NCBI GenBank assembly: GCA_043809085.1
Contig: JAZDEG010000042.1
Coordinates: forward strand, 1,599 to 65,598
Length of the DNA: 64,000 bases
Direction of reading: 5' to 3'
Source of the DNA: Pseudomonadota bacterium
GTDB lineage: Bacteria; Desulfobacterota; Desulfobulbia; Desulfobulbales; SURF-16
Numbering within the stretch: the stretch's first letter is position 1; every line of letters begins with the position of its first letter. Of the stretch, positions 46,930 through 56,401 are shown piece after piece. The position numbers and the translations under genes are program-made. Below the pieces are notes generated by a model that was given only the letters and a program-made list of their open reading frames with translations, had not been told where the DNA came from and did no database searches.

Positions 46930-47233
46930 GAAAAGATTTATTATGCCTGCTTTCTGTTCAGCAATTTGTAATCGGGTACAGGGAAAGGACAATTGTGCAA
47001 CTGAATTCACAAAGCATCTAACCTGTGATTCGGAGACGAGATTTTTTGATGATACGCTCATCCATGTCCGAATAATAATGGCTGAAATGAAGAATGTAAA
47101 GAAAGTAAAACTCAACGGCGCTGAAATTGCAAATATCTTCCTGTTTCTGCTCTTTTCCTTTGCTTCACGGGAATCTTTGCGGTAAACAAAATATTTTGTC
47201 ATTCCCTCTAACCTCATCAGGATTATTTCGTTT

Positions 47234-48115
47234 ATGGATAAAGGAATAGAAAAAGCGGAAATTCTCATTGAATCACTGCCTTATATCAAAGAATTCTATG
47301 GAAAGACCATTGTCATCAAGTATGGTGGCCATGCCATGGTGGATGAGGAGCTGAAGAAGAATTTTGCTCTTGATATCATTTTGATGAAATATATCGGCAT
47401 CAATCCGGTAGTGGTACACGGCGGCGGGCCGCAGATCAACAAGTTTCTCAAAAAGATGAATATCCAGTCGAGCTACGTTCAGGGCATGCGGGTCACTGAC
47501 GGTGAAACCATGGACGTGGTGGAGATGGTGCTTGTGGGCAAAGTCAACAAGGAAATCGTCGGCCTTATCAATTATCACGGAGGCAAAGCCATCGGTTTGT
47601 CCGGCCGTGACGGTGATCTGGTCAAGGCGAAAAAGATGACCATCATGAAAAGCCAGGCGGAAAATGCGCCGCCGGAGCTGATTGATCTCGGCCGGGTGGG
47701 AGCCGTCACCCAGGTGAACCCGGAGGTGCTGGTTGTGCTGGATCGGGAGGATTTCATTCCGGTGATCGCCCCGGTGGGAGTCGGTGAGGACGGCTGTTCC
47801 TATAACATCAACGCCGACCTGGTGGCTGGTGCGATTGCCTCCCAGTTAAAGGCGGAAAAGCTCATACTGCTGACCGATGTCGAGGGTGTGCTTGATGAGG
47901 ACGGCAAGCTGGTCGCCTCCATGAACAGCAGCGAAGCGGACCAGATGATCTCTTCCGGTGTGGCAGCGGGAGGCATGATTCCCAAGATCAAATGTTGCCA
48001 GGATGCCCTGGCCAACGGAGTGGGCAAGACCCATATCGTCGACGGCCGGCTTAAGCATGCCATTCTGCTTGAGATGTTCACCCACGAGGGAATCGGCACT
48101 GAGATCGTGCGATAG
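47234..48115 (+). CDS. argB: acetylglutamate kinase
   Basis: The sequence is [23 protein letters not shown]. Confidence 0.92.
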   Translation: MDKGIEKAEILIESLPYIKEFYGKTIVIKYGGHAMVDEELKKNFALDIILMKYIGINPVVVHGGGPQINKFLKKMNIQSSYVQGMRVTDGETMDVVEMVLVGKVNKEIVGLINYHGGKAIGLSGRDGDLVKAKKMTIMKSQAENAPPELIDLGRVGAVTQVNPEVLVVLDREDFIPVIAPVGVGEDGCSYNINADLVAGAIASQLKAEKLILLTDVEGVLDEDGKLVASMNSSEADQMISSGVAAGGMIPKIKCCQDALANGVGKTHIVDGRLKHAILLEMFTHEGIGTEIVR

Positions 48116-48124
48116 GGGTGTTTT

Positions 48125-49312
48125 ATGGAAAATATTATGGAAAAGAGCAACAGTCTTTTTATGAATACCTATGGCCGCTATCCTGCCGTGATGGTTGAAG
48201 GAAGCGGCTGTCTGCTGAAAGACGAAAACGGCAAGGAATATCTTGATTTTCTTGCAGGTATTGCCGTCTGCGGTCTGGGGCATTGCCACCCGGAAGTAAC
48301 AGCGGCCATTGTTGTCCAGGCGGGAAAACTTGTCCATGTGTCGAACCTTTTTTATACCGCCCCTCAGACCGAACTTGCCGAGTTGCTGGTGGCAAACAGT
48401 TTTGCCGACAGAATTTTTTTGGCCAACAGCGGTGCCGAGGTAAATGAGGCGGCCATCAAGCTGGCAAGAAAACATGGCGGCCCTGGTCGTTATGAGATCA
48501 TTTCACTCCAGGGCTCCTTTCATGGCCGGACCCTGGCCACAGTGGCCGCAACCGGGCAGGGAAAATTTCATAAGGGTTTCGAGCCCCTTCCGGAAGGGTT
48601 TGTTCATGCCCCTTTTGGTGATCTGGACGCTCTGGAGAAGATGATTTCCGACAGAACCTGCGGCATACTCTGTGAACCGCTCCAGGGCGAGGGCGGGGTG
48701 CGGCCGTTGCCGAAAGAATACCTGCAGGGAATCAGAAAGCTGTGCGATAAACACAATCTTGTTCTTATTTTCGATGAAGTTCAGGTGGGCATGGGCCGGA
48801 CCGGCACCCTTTTTGCCTATGAGCAGTTCGGTGTCGAGCCGGATATCATGACCCTGGCCAAGGCCTTGGGCAATGGTCTGCCCATTGGCGCCATGCTTGC
48901 ACGGGAGGGGGTGGCCGCCTCTTTCTCCCCTGGGGATCATGCCTCTACTTTCGGCGGGAATCCGGTGGCCTGCGCTGGGGCGGTGGCAGTGCTGAAAATA
49001 ATGCTGGGGGCGGGTTTCCTCGATGGTGTCAGGGGTAAGGGCGCGTATCTGAGCGGTCGCTTGCAGGCACTGGTTGAAGAATTCCCCGAGCTGGCAACCG
49101 GTGTCCGGGGGCTTGGCCTGATACAGGGACTGGTGCTGACCGAAAAGGGCGCATCTCTTGGTGCTGAAATAGTGAAAAGACTGTTTGATGAGGGGGTGCT
49201 TGCTAACTTTGCCGGCGGAGTTGCCCTGCGCTTCATTCCGCCGCTGATTATCCATGAGACTCAGGTGGACAGCATGATAAGCCGGTTGCGGGAAGTCCTG
49301 GCGGGCTTGTAA
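48125..49312 (+). CDS. argD: acetylornithine aminotransferase
   Basis: The motifs are GIAVCGLGHCHP, FDEVQVGMGRTG and TLAKALGNGLPIGA (PLP Lys). Confidence 0.9.
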   Translation: MENIMEKSNSLFMNTYGRYPAVMVEGSGCLLKDENGKEYLDFLAGIAVCGLGHCHPEVTAAIVVQAGKLVHVSNLFYTAPQTELAELLVANSFADRIFLANSGAEVNEAAIKLARKHGGPGRYEIISLQGSFHGRTLATVAATGQGKFHKGFEPLPEGFVHAPFGDLDALEKMISDRTCGILCEPLQGEGGVRPLPKEYLQGIRKLCDKHNLVLIFDEVQVGMGRTGTLFAYEQFGVEPDIMTLAKALGNGLPIGAMLAREGVAASFSPGDHASTFGGNPVACAGAVAVLKIMLGAGFLDGVRGKGAYLSGRLQALVEEFPELATGVRGLGLIQGLVLTEKGASLGAEIVKRLFDEGVLANFAGGVALRFIPPLIIHETQVDSMISRLREVLAGL

Positions 49313-49429
49313 AAGCGGAAAAAAAACTTCCCAAAAATACCGTTTTTTTGTATTTGTTATCACTTGGTTCTTTTATAAAGCCTCACTGAATGGAGGCCGG
49401 AGCAACTCAACAACCTGTAAGCGAGCCTT

Positions 49430-49485
49430 GAGCCCACAGAGTCGGCAGAGCACCGCAAGTGTTTCTCTGCAAAGCCTGTGGGCTC
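49430..49485 (+). other. long interrupted hairpin in the argD-argF spacer
   Basis: GAGCCCACAG (49430-49439) pairs with CTGTGGGCTC (49476-49485). An inner stem pairs GCAGAG (49445-49450) with CTCTGC (49465-49470). No U-tract is present. Confidence 0.6.
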
Positions 49486-49501
49486 TCTAAATTCATAATA
49501 A

Positions 49502-50437
49502 ATGAGCGAGAGATTCATGACAAAGCATCTTCTGAGCTTGGGAGATTTTGATAAAGATCAACTCTACTCCTACATAAAACGGGCGTTGACACTGAAAGAT
49601 GAGTCCCGCCGGGGAATTGGCCACAGTCAGCTTGCCGGCAAGGTTATCGGAATGATTTTCGAAAAGCCTTCCACCCGCACCCGGGTTTCCTTCGAGTCGG
49701 CCATGTACGGTCTGGGCGGCCAGGTGATTTATCTCTCCAGCCGTGACACCCAGCTGGCCCGCAATGAGCCGTTGAAAGACATGGCCCGCGTGATGTCCCG
49801 GTATGTGGACTGCATCGTGGTGCGTACCTTCGGCCAGGAGGTGGTTGAAGAACTGGGACGTTACGCCACGGTGCCTGTTATTAATGCATTGACGGATCTT
49901 TTTCATCCCTGCCAGATTTTAAGCGATATCATGACAGTGGAGGAGGTGAAGGGCGAGATCGGCAAGTTGAAGATAGCCTGGGTCGGTGACGGCAATAATA
50001 TGGCCAACAGCTGGATTCAGGCGGCTGGGCGCATGGGCTTTGAACTGATGCTGGCCTGTCCGGCGGGTTATGATCCTGATCCGGGAATCCTTGCCGCCGC
50101 AGCGCAACAGGCGGAAAAGCAGATTGTTGTTGTGCGCGATCCCTTTGAGGCGGTGCAGGATGCCGACATCATCAACTGTGATGTGTGGGCAAGTATGGGT
50201 CAGGAGAAGGAGCAGAATGAACGCATTGCTGTTTTTCAGCCCTATCAGGTTAACGGGAAACTGGTTGCCGCAGCCAAACCGGATGCCACGGTGCTGCACT
50301 GTCTGCCCGCCCATCGCGGTGAAGAGATCACTGACGAGGTGCTGGAGGGCACCCAGTGCTGCGCTTTCGACCAGGCCGAAAACAAGATGCACATCCACAA
50401 GGCGATTCTGGAAAAACATATCCTGGCGGCAGGTTAA
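49502..50437 (+). CDS. argF: ornithine carbamoyltransferase
   Basis: The motifs are [17 protein letters not shown] and [10 protein letters not shown]. Confidence 0.92.
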   Translation: MSERFMTKHLLSLGDFDKDQLYSYIKRALTLKDESRRGIGHSQLAGKVIGMIFEKPSTRTRVSFESAMYGLGGQVIYLSSRDTQLARNEPLKDMARVMSRYVDCIVVRTFGQEVVEELGRYATVPVINALTDLFHPCQILSDIMTVEEVKGEIGKLKIAWVGDGNNMANSWIQAAGRMGFELMLACPAGYDPDPGILAAAAQQAEKQIVVVRDPFEAVQDADIINCDVWASMGQEKEQNERIAVFQPYQVNGKLVAAAKPDATVLHCLPAHRGEEITDEVLEGTQCCAFDQAENKMHIHKAILEKHILAAG

Positions 50438-50448
50438 AGGAGTTTTCG

Positions 50449-51651
50449 ATGGCAGGTGACGTTCAAAAAATAGTGCTGGCTTACTCCGGTGGTCTTGATA
50501 CCTCGGTGATCCTCAAGTGGCTGAAGGAGGAATATGGCTGCCCGGTGGTGGCTTATGCGGCGGATATCGGTCAGGATGAGGACTGGGACAAGGTTAGGGT
50601 CAAGGGGTTGGCAACCGGTGCGGAAAAGGTGATTATTTCCGACCTGAGAGAGGAATTCGTTCGTGATTATGTCTTTCCCGCCTTCCGGGCCAATGCCATT
50701 TATGAGGGCTCTTATTTGTTGGGCACATCCCTTGCCCGGCCGGTGATTGCGAAAGAGCAGGTGCGGATTGCCCTGGAAGAGGGAGCGGATGCTGTGAGCC
50801 ATGGCGCCACCGGCAAGGGTAATGATCAGGTGCGGTTTGAAATGGCCTACCTGGGACTCTCGCCGAAGCTGACCATTATTGCTCCCTGGCGCATCTGGAA
50901 GCTGAACTCGCGCACCAAACTCATCGCCTATGCGGAAAAACACGGTATTCCCATTCCCGTGACCAAGGAAAAACCCTACAGTTCTGATGAAAACCTCCTG
51001 CATATCAGCTTCGAGGGAGGGATTCTCGAGGATCCCTGGAACGAGCCGGAAGAGTCCATGTTCAAGCTGACCCGTTCCCTGGAGAAAGCGCCGGAAAAAC
51101 CGACCTATATTGAGCTTACCTTTGCCGGAGGAAATCCGGTGACAATCGATGGAGAGAACCTGTCACCCGCCGCCATGCTTGCCCGTTTGAATGAGCTGGG
51201 CGGGATAAACGGCATCGGCCGCCTGGATATGGTGGAAAATCGTTTTGTCGGCATGAAATCCCGCGGCGTTTATGAAACACCGGGAGGCACCATCCTGCGT
51301 ATTGCCCATCGGGATCTGGAAACCATTACTCTTGACCGGGAAGTGATGAAGATCCGTGACAGCCTGGTGCCGCGCTATTCCGAACTTATTTACAATGGTT
51401 TCTGGTTCTCGCCGGAGATGAAACTGCTCCAGAAGACCATGGATGCCACCCAGGAAACGGTAAGCGGCGTTGTCCGCCTGAAACTCTATAAGGGCAACTG
51501 TATTCCGGTGGGACGTAAATCAGAGCAGTCCCTTTACCAGGCAAGTTTCGCCACCTTTGAAGAGGATGAGGTTTACACCCAGTCCGATGCGGGTGGTTTC
51601 ATCCGCCTCAATGCGTTGCGCATGACCATGCAGGCTTTACGAAAAGTCTGA
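50449..51651 (+). CDS. argG: argininosuccinate synthase
   Basis: AAGGAG SD precedes ATG 50449 (the track ORF starts at 50356). The motifs are [11 protein letters not shown] and [13 protein letters not shown]. Confidence 0.92.
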   Translation: MAGDVQKIVLAYSGGLDTSVILKWLKEEYGCPVVAYAADIGQDEDWDKVRVKGLATGAEKVIISDLREEFVRDYVFPAFRANAIYEGSYLLGTSLARPVIAKEQVRIALEEGADAVSHGATGKGNDQVRFEMAYLGLSPKLTIIAPWRIWKLNSRTKLIAYAEKHGIPIPVTKEKPYSSDENLLHISFEGGILEDPWNEPEESMFKLTRSLEKAPEKPTYIELTFAGGNPVTIDGENLSPAAMLARLNELGGINGIGRLDMVENRFVGMKSRGVYETPGGTILRIAHRDLETITLDREVMKIRDSLVPRYSELIYNGFWFSPEMKLLQKTMDATQETVSGVVRLKLYKGNCIPVGRKSEQSLYQASFATFEEDEVYTQSDAGGFIRLNALRMTMQALRKV

Positions 51652-51786
51652 TTGGTCTGATTAGTCCTACTGGTCCGTTGAATTTGACGAATAAGACCAA
51701 TGAGACCAGTTAGACGAATAAGACCAAGAGGACCAATAAGACAAGTAGGACCAGTCAGACTAATCGGACCAATCGGACCAATCTAA
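51652..51786 (+). repeat. 15 consecutive 9-bp units (3 in GGTC orientation, then 11-12 of CCAATNAGA type) filling the argG-argH spacer
   Basis: The units read TTGGTCTGA TTAGTCCTA CTGGTCCGT TGAATTTGA CGAATAAGA CCAATGAGA CCAGTTAGA CGAATAAGA CCAAGAGGA CCAATAAGA CAAGTAGGA CCAGTCAGA CTAATCGGA CCAATCGGA CCAATCTAA. Arms 51650-51677 and 51748-51775 are 24/28 complementary. Confidence 0.85.
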
Positions 51787-51787
51787 A

Positions 51788-53179
51788 ATGTCAAACGAAA
51801 CGAAATTATGGGGTGGCCGTTTTGCCGAAAAAACCGCCGCCTCGGTGGAGGCATTCAGCGCTTCCATTCATTATGACTGCAGACTCTACAAGCAGGACAT
51901 CGCGGGAAGTCTGGCCCATGCCAAGATGCTGGTCCGGCAGGGATTGATCTCCGCCGAAGAAGGGGAGCAGATCCGCACTGGTCTCCTTGAAATTGAAGGG
52001 GAAATCGAGCAGGGCGTTTTTGAATTCAAGCCGGAACTTGAAGATATTCATATGAACATCGAAAAGGTTCTGGTGGACAAAGTGGGTCCGGCCGGGGCAA
52101 AACTGCATACCGCCCGGAGCAGAAATGATCAGATCAATCTTGATTTGCGCCTTTATTTGCGCGACGAGGTTGACAAACTGGTTGCACTCCTCGGGGGCGT
52201 GCGCGCCGCCTTTGTCCGTCTTGCCGGAAGGTACCTGGGGGCGGTGATGCCGGGCTATACCCATATGCAACGGGCGCAGCCGGTGTTGATCTCCCATCAC
52301 ATGCTGGCCTATTATGAAATGTTCGGCCGTGATCAGGAACGGTTGCTTGACTGCGCCAAAAGAATCAATGTGCTGCCCCTCGGCGCGGCCGCGCTGGCCG
52401 GAACCGGCCTTCCCATTGACCGGGAGTTTGTGGCGCGTGAACTCGGTTTTCCCAAGGTCACCGCCAACAGCATGGACACGGTGGGTGACCGCGATTTTGC
52501 CGTGGAGTTTGTCTCCGCCTGTACCCTGATTCAGCTCCACCTGAGCCGCCTGGCCGAGGAGCTTGTCCTCTGGTCCACCGATGAATTCCGTTTTATCGAA
52601 TTGTCAGACAGTTTCTGCACCGGCAGCAGCATCATGCCCCAGAAGAAGAACCCTGATATCCCCGAACTGATCCGTGGCAAAAGCGGCAGGGTGGTGGGCA
52701 ATCTGATGTCACTTATTACCATGCTGAAAGGGTTGCCGCTGACTTATAACCGGGACCTGCAGGAGGACAAGGAACCTGTCTTCGATACCCTTGACACGGT
52801 TTCCCGGGAACTGGCCATTACCGCTGAACTGCTTGCCAAAATGAAGTTCAATACCGCCCGGCTGGAAGACGCCACCAAAACCGGCTTTATGACCGCAACC
52901 GATCTGGCCGATTATCTTGTTTTGAAAAACATACCATTCCGTCAGGCGCATTCCATTGTTGGTCGCACCGTCGCCTATTGTGTCAAGCAGAAGAAGGAAC
53001 TGACCGATCTTTCACTTGATGAGCTGCACCAGTTTTCCGAGGTCATCGAAGCGGATGTTTTTGATGTTTTATCGGTAAAGGGGTCTGTTGACAGCCGTCT
53101 TTCCATCGGCGGCACTTCCATCAGCCGGGTCCGGGAGGCAGTGGGCCTGGCGGAAAAGGAGATGGGGATTCACTCATGA
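51788..53179 (+). CDS. argH: argininosuccinate lyase
   Basis: The motifs are KLWGGRF, TARSRNDQ and GSSIMPQKKNPD. No SD is recognisable upstream. Confidence 0.92.
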   Translation: MSNETKLWGGRFAEKTAASVEAFSASIHYDCRLYKQDIAGSLAHAKMLVRQGLISAEEGEQIRTGLLEIEGEIEQGVFEFKPELEDIHMNIEKVLVDKVGPAGAKLHTARSRNDQINLDLRLYLRDEVDKLVALLGGVRAAFVRLAGRYLGAVMPGYTHMQRAQPVLISHHMLAYYEMFGRDQERLLDCAKRINVLPLGAAALAGTGLPIDREFVARELGFPKVTANSMDTVGDRDFAVEFVSACTLIQLHLSRLAEELVLWSTDEFRFIELSDSFCTGSSIMPQKKNPDIPELIRGKSGRVVGNLMSLITMLKGLPLTYNRDLQEDKEPVFDTLDTVSRELAITAELLAKMKFNTARLEDATKTGFMTATDLADYLVLKNIPFRQAHSIVGRTVAYCVKQKKELTDLSLDELHQFSEVIEADVFDVLSVKGSVDSRLSIGGTSISRVREAVGLAEKEMGIHS

Positions 53180-54237
53180 TGCATCGTAGCCATGCCATAT
53201 GGGCCTGCTGTTTTCTATTGCTTGCGCTGACCGGCTGCGGCCGTAAAACGCCGGTTATTCCTCCCCAGGCGGTGGTTCCCCTACCCATCGAGGATTTGCA
53301 GTATGCCCTTGATGATAAGGGCGCCACCCTGAGCTGGACATGCCCTGTCCGGGCAGAGGACGGTTCGCGAATTGAAGAGGTAAGGACTTTTGCAATCATG
53401 AAAAGCGAGGTTTCTTTTGCCAGTTTCTGTCCGGACTGCCCGATTCAATACCCCCTCGTCATTACCATGAGCGGCGAGGATGTGAAGCCGGGATCAATGC
53501 TCACGTATCGCGACACGGATTTAAAACAGAGGCACCAGTATACCTACAAAGTGCTCTCCCGGATGGGCTGGAAAGTTGTCAGCCGGGATTCCAACAGGAT
53601 TTCCTTTCCCTGGGACAGTCCCCTTGTCGCTCCGGTCGGATTACAGATTGAGGTAGCTGATCAGAGTCTGACGGTAAGCTGGCATTCCGTCAGCACTCGC
53701 CTTGACGGGACAACGCCGGACATTCCTGTCGTTTATCAGCTTTACCGCAGTGACGACGGAATGACATTTGAAAAAATCGGCGATCCGCTCCCCGGACTTA
53801 CCCGGGTTGACACGGACGTGAAAAACAACAGTAAATATTTTTATCAGATACGGGCTGTTGTCATTGTCGACGGCAGCGTGATGCCGGGTGAGGCCAGCGA
53901 AGTCATTTCCGGCATGCCACGGGATTTGACGCCGCCGGCGCCTCCCCACAAATTTACCATTGCCGCGGGCAGTGAAGGGGTGACGATCCTCTGGGAAAAC
54001 GTGGATGTGCGTGGGATAGCCGGTTATCGTGTCTATCGGCGCTCAGCGGATGAGAAAGAGTATGTTCTGGTGGGCGAAACCCCCAGGAATTCTTTTTCCT
54101 TCACCGATACAACCGTGCCTCCTGGTGAGGAAACATTTTTTTACGCGGTGACGGCCTTTGACGACGCCGTCCCGCCCAATGAAAGTGTCTTTTCAAGGGA
54201 AATTGAATTTCGCCGAAAGGCCCGACCAAGCTTCTAA
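53176..54237 (+). CDS. lipoprotein with three FN3-like modules
   Basis: The lipobox is LLLALTGC. It has repeated modules with Y..V.A.D / Y.Y.V motifs. Its ATG overlaps the argH stop (ATGATG). Confidence 0.6.
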   Translation: MMHRSHAIWACCFLLLALTGCGRKTPVIPPQAVVPLPIEDLQYALDDKGATLSWTCPVRAEDGSRIEEVRTFAIMKSEVSFASFCPDCPIQYPLVITMSGEDVKPGSMLTYRDTDLKQRHQYTYKVLSRMGWKVVSRDSNRISFPWDSPLVAPVGLQIEVADQSLTVSWHSVSTRLDGTTPDIPVVYQLYRSDDGMTFEKIGDPLPGLTRVDTDVKNNSKYFYQIRAVVIVDGSVMPGEASEVISGMPRDLTPPAPPHKFTIAAGSEGVTILWENVDVRGIAGYRVYRRSADEKEYVLVGETPRNSFSFTDTTVPPGEETFFYAVTAFDDAVPPNESVFSREIEFRRKARPSF

Positions 54238-54259
54238 GATCAACCAAAGAAAGAGAAAA

Positions 54260-55501
54260 ATGAACCATTTTCATTACAGAGACAATATCCTTTATTGTGA
54301 GGAAGCCGCGGTTGCGGATATCGCCAGCCGGGTGGGCACGCCGTTTTATCTTTACAGCTCGGAAACCCTGACACGTCATTTCAAGGCGTTTGACGGCGCT
54401 TTTTCCGTGCCTCACATTACCTGTTTTGCCGTTAAGTCCTGTTCCAATATCGCTATCCTCAACCTTTTCGCCAAGCTGGGCGGAGGCGCGGATATCGTGT
54501 CAGGCGGCGAGCTTTTCCGCGCGCTCAAGGCCGGAGTCGAACCCGGCAAAATCGTCTACTCCGGCGTTGGGAAAACCGAAGAGGAAATACGGTTTGCCCT
54601 CGAGTCCGGAATTCTCATGCTCAACGTGGAATCCCATCAGGAGCTTGAGACGGTGCAACAAGTGGCCGCATCCATGGGAGTGAAGGCTCCGGTTTCCTTC
54701 CGGGTCAATCCGGATGTTGACCCCAAAACCCACGCCTACATTTCAACCGGGCTCGCCAAAAACAAGTTCGGAATTCCCATCGGCGACGCCCTGGATTCCT
54801 ACCTGGCGGCACAGAAGATGCCAAATATCCGCATTGTCGGGGTAAGTTGCCACATCGGTTCACAGCTCACCGACGTTTCTCCCTTTGTCGAATCGCTGGT
54901 CAAGGTGAAGAATTTTGTCAAGCGTTTGGGGGAGGCGGGAATTCATATCTCGCATCTGGACCTCGGCGGCGGTGTGGGAATCCGGTACAACGAGGAGGAG
55001 CCACCCCTGCCTGCCGCCTATGCCGAGGCGCTGGAGCGGGAAATGGCAGGCCTTGACTGCACCCTGGTTCTGGAACCGGGGCGGGTGATCGTCGGCAATG
55101 CCGGTATTCTGGTGACCAAGGTTCTCTATACCAAGCAGGGGGGTAAGAAGTTCGTGATCGTTGACGCCGGCATGAATGATCTGGCCCGACCAAGCCTTTA
55201 TGACGCCTATCACGCCATCCAGCCGGTGGTGCGGCAAGGGGACGCCACGGAAGTTGTCGATGTGGTGGGTCCAATCTGCGAAACCGGTGATTTCCTTGCC
55301 AGGGGCAAAGAGATCGCAGTCGCAAAAAGCGGCGATCTGCTTGCGGTGATGAGCGCCGGGGCTTACGGGTTTTCCATGTCGTCCAACTACAATTCCAGGC
55401 CCCGGGTCGCGGAGGTGCTGGTGCAGGGTGACACGTTCCACGTTATCCGTAAGCGGGAGAGCCGCGAGTCTCTTGTTGATGGCGAGAGCATTCCCGCATA
55501 A
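54260..55501 (+). CDS. lysA: diaminopimelate decarboxylase
   Basis: ATG is at 54260 (the track ORF starts at 54158). The motifs are GTPFYLYS, FAVKSCSN (PLP Lys) and LDLGGG. Confidence 0.9.
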   Translation: MNHFHYRDNILYCEEAAVADIASRVGTPFYLYSSETLTRHFKAFDGAFSVPHITCFAVKSCSNIAILNLFAKLGGGADIVSGGELFRALKAGVEPGKIVYSGVGKTEEEIRFALESGILMLNVESHQELETVQQVAASMGVKAPVSFRVNPDVDPKTHAYISTGLAKNKFGIPIGDALDSYLAAQKMPNIRIVGVSCHIGSQLTDVSPFVESLVKVKNFVKRLGEAGIHISHLDLGGGVGIRYNEEEPPLPAAYAEALEREMAGLDCTLVLEPGRVIVGNAGILVTKVLYTKQGGKKFVIVDAGMNDLARPSLYDAYHAIQPVVRQGDATEVVDVVGPICETGDFLARGKEIAVAKSGDLLAVMSAGAYGFSMSSNYNSRPRVAEVLVQGDTFHVIRKRESRESLVDGESIPA

Positions 55502-55523
55502 TTTCGAATTGATTGAAAAAACG

Positions 55524-56354
55524 ATGAATTTTCCAATTGAATTTACCAAGATGAGCGGCACGGGTAATGATTTTATCATCATTGACCATCGCAAACCTTT
55601 CCTTACGAAAGAGGCAATGGGTCCTTTTGCCAAGGCGGTGTGTCGCCAAAAGTTTTCCGTCGGCGCTGACGGGCTGATCCTGATCGAAAATTCCGACAAG
55701 GCTGATTTCCGTTGGCAATTCTATAATGGAGACGGCAGCGAGGCGGAGATGTGCGGCAACGGCGCCCGTTGTGCCGCCCGTTTTGCCCACAGCAAAGGGA
55801 TCGCGCCGGAAAAAATGCGCTTTCTCACCATTGCCGGCGAGATTCGGGCCGAGGTGACAGGCACCAGCGTCAAGCTCGAAATGACGCCACCGACAAACCT
55901 TGCCCTGGATCACCGGGTGGAGCTCGACGGTGTTGCCCGCACGGTGCATTTTTTGAATACCGGCGTGCCCCATGCCGTCTGCTTTGTTGATGCCAACCAT
56001 GATACCCCGGTAAAAAACTGGGGCGCATCAATCCGTTTTCATGAGCTTTTCCAGCCGGCCGGGACCAATGCAAATTTCGTTCAGGTGCTGGGGCCTGATT
56101 CCCTTCATGTAAGAACCTATGAACGCGGGGTGGAGGATGAAACCTTGGCCTGCGGCACCGGCGCGGTAGCGTCGGCCATTATCGCCGGGATGCTCGGTCG
56201 GGTCAAGGCGCCGGTCAAGGTGACGACATCCGGCGGCGAAGAGCTTGTCATTCATTATGTTTTGCGGGATGGAGGCGGGGTGAGTGGAGTCTGTCTGGAA
56301 GGCCCGGCTCATTTTATATACGATGGCCTGCTCCATGCCGAGGCAGTTTTATAA
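55524..56354 (+). CDS. dapF: diaminopimelate epimerase
   Basis: ATG is at 55524. The motifs are FTKMSGTGNDFIIID, MCGNGARC and ACGTGA. Confidence 0.9.
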   Translation: MNFPIEFTKMSGTGNDFIIIDHRKPFLTKEAMGPFAKAVCRQKFSVGADGLILIENSDKADFRWQFYNGDGSEAEMCGNGARCAARFAHSKGIAPEKMRFLTIAGEIRAEVTGTSVKLEMTPPTNLALDHRVELDGVARTVHFLNTGVPHAVCFVDANHDTPVKNWGASIRFHELFQPAGTNANFVQVLGPDSLHVRTYERGVEDETLACGTGAVASAIIAGMLGRVKAPVKVTTSGGEELVIHYVLRDGGGVSGVCLEGPAHFIYDGLLHAEAVL

Positions 56355-56401
56355 AAAGAATAATACAAACATTTTTAATAGAGGAAGAGAAGGAGGAAAA
56401 T

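Noticed and set aside
46930-47268. N-terminal extension of the lptA ORF (with a TM-like stretch) as a fused LptC.
   Set aside because: The extension would overlap the divergent argB start and leave no promoter space. It is followed by an obvious signal peptide (MTMHKIFFLAAAIFFALLPSISFG) that marks the true LptA start.
49486-49520. ARG-box (ArgR operator) upstream of argF.
   Set aside because: Only two ATTCA half-words occur, about 24 nt apart. There is no TGAAT-N4-ATTCA palindrome.
51652-51786. The 9-bp repeat array as a CRISPR array or coding collagen-like repeat.
   Set aside because: The units are contiguous with no spacers and are far too short for CRISPR. Most frames carry stops, and the only open frame is 28 codons.
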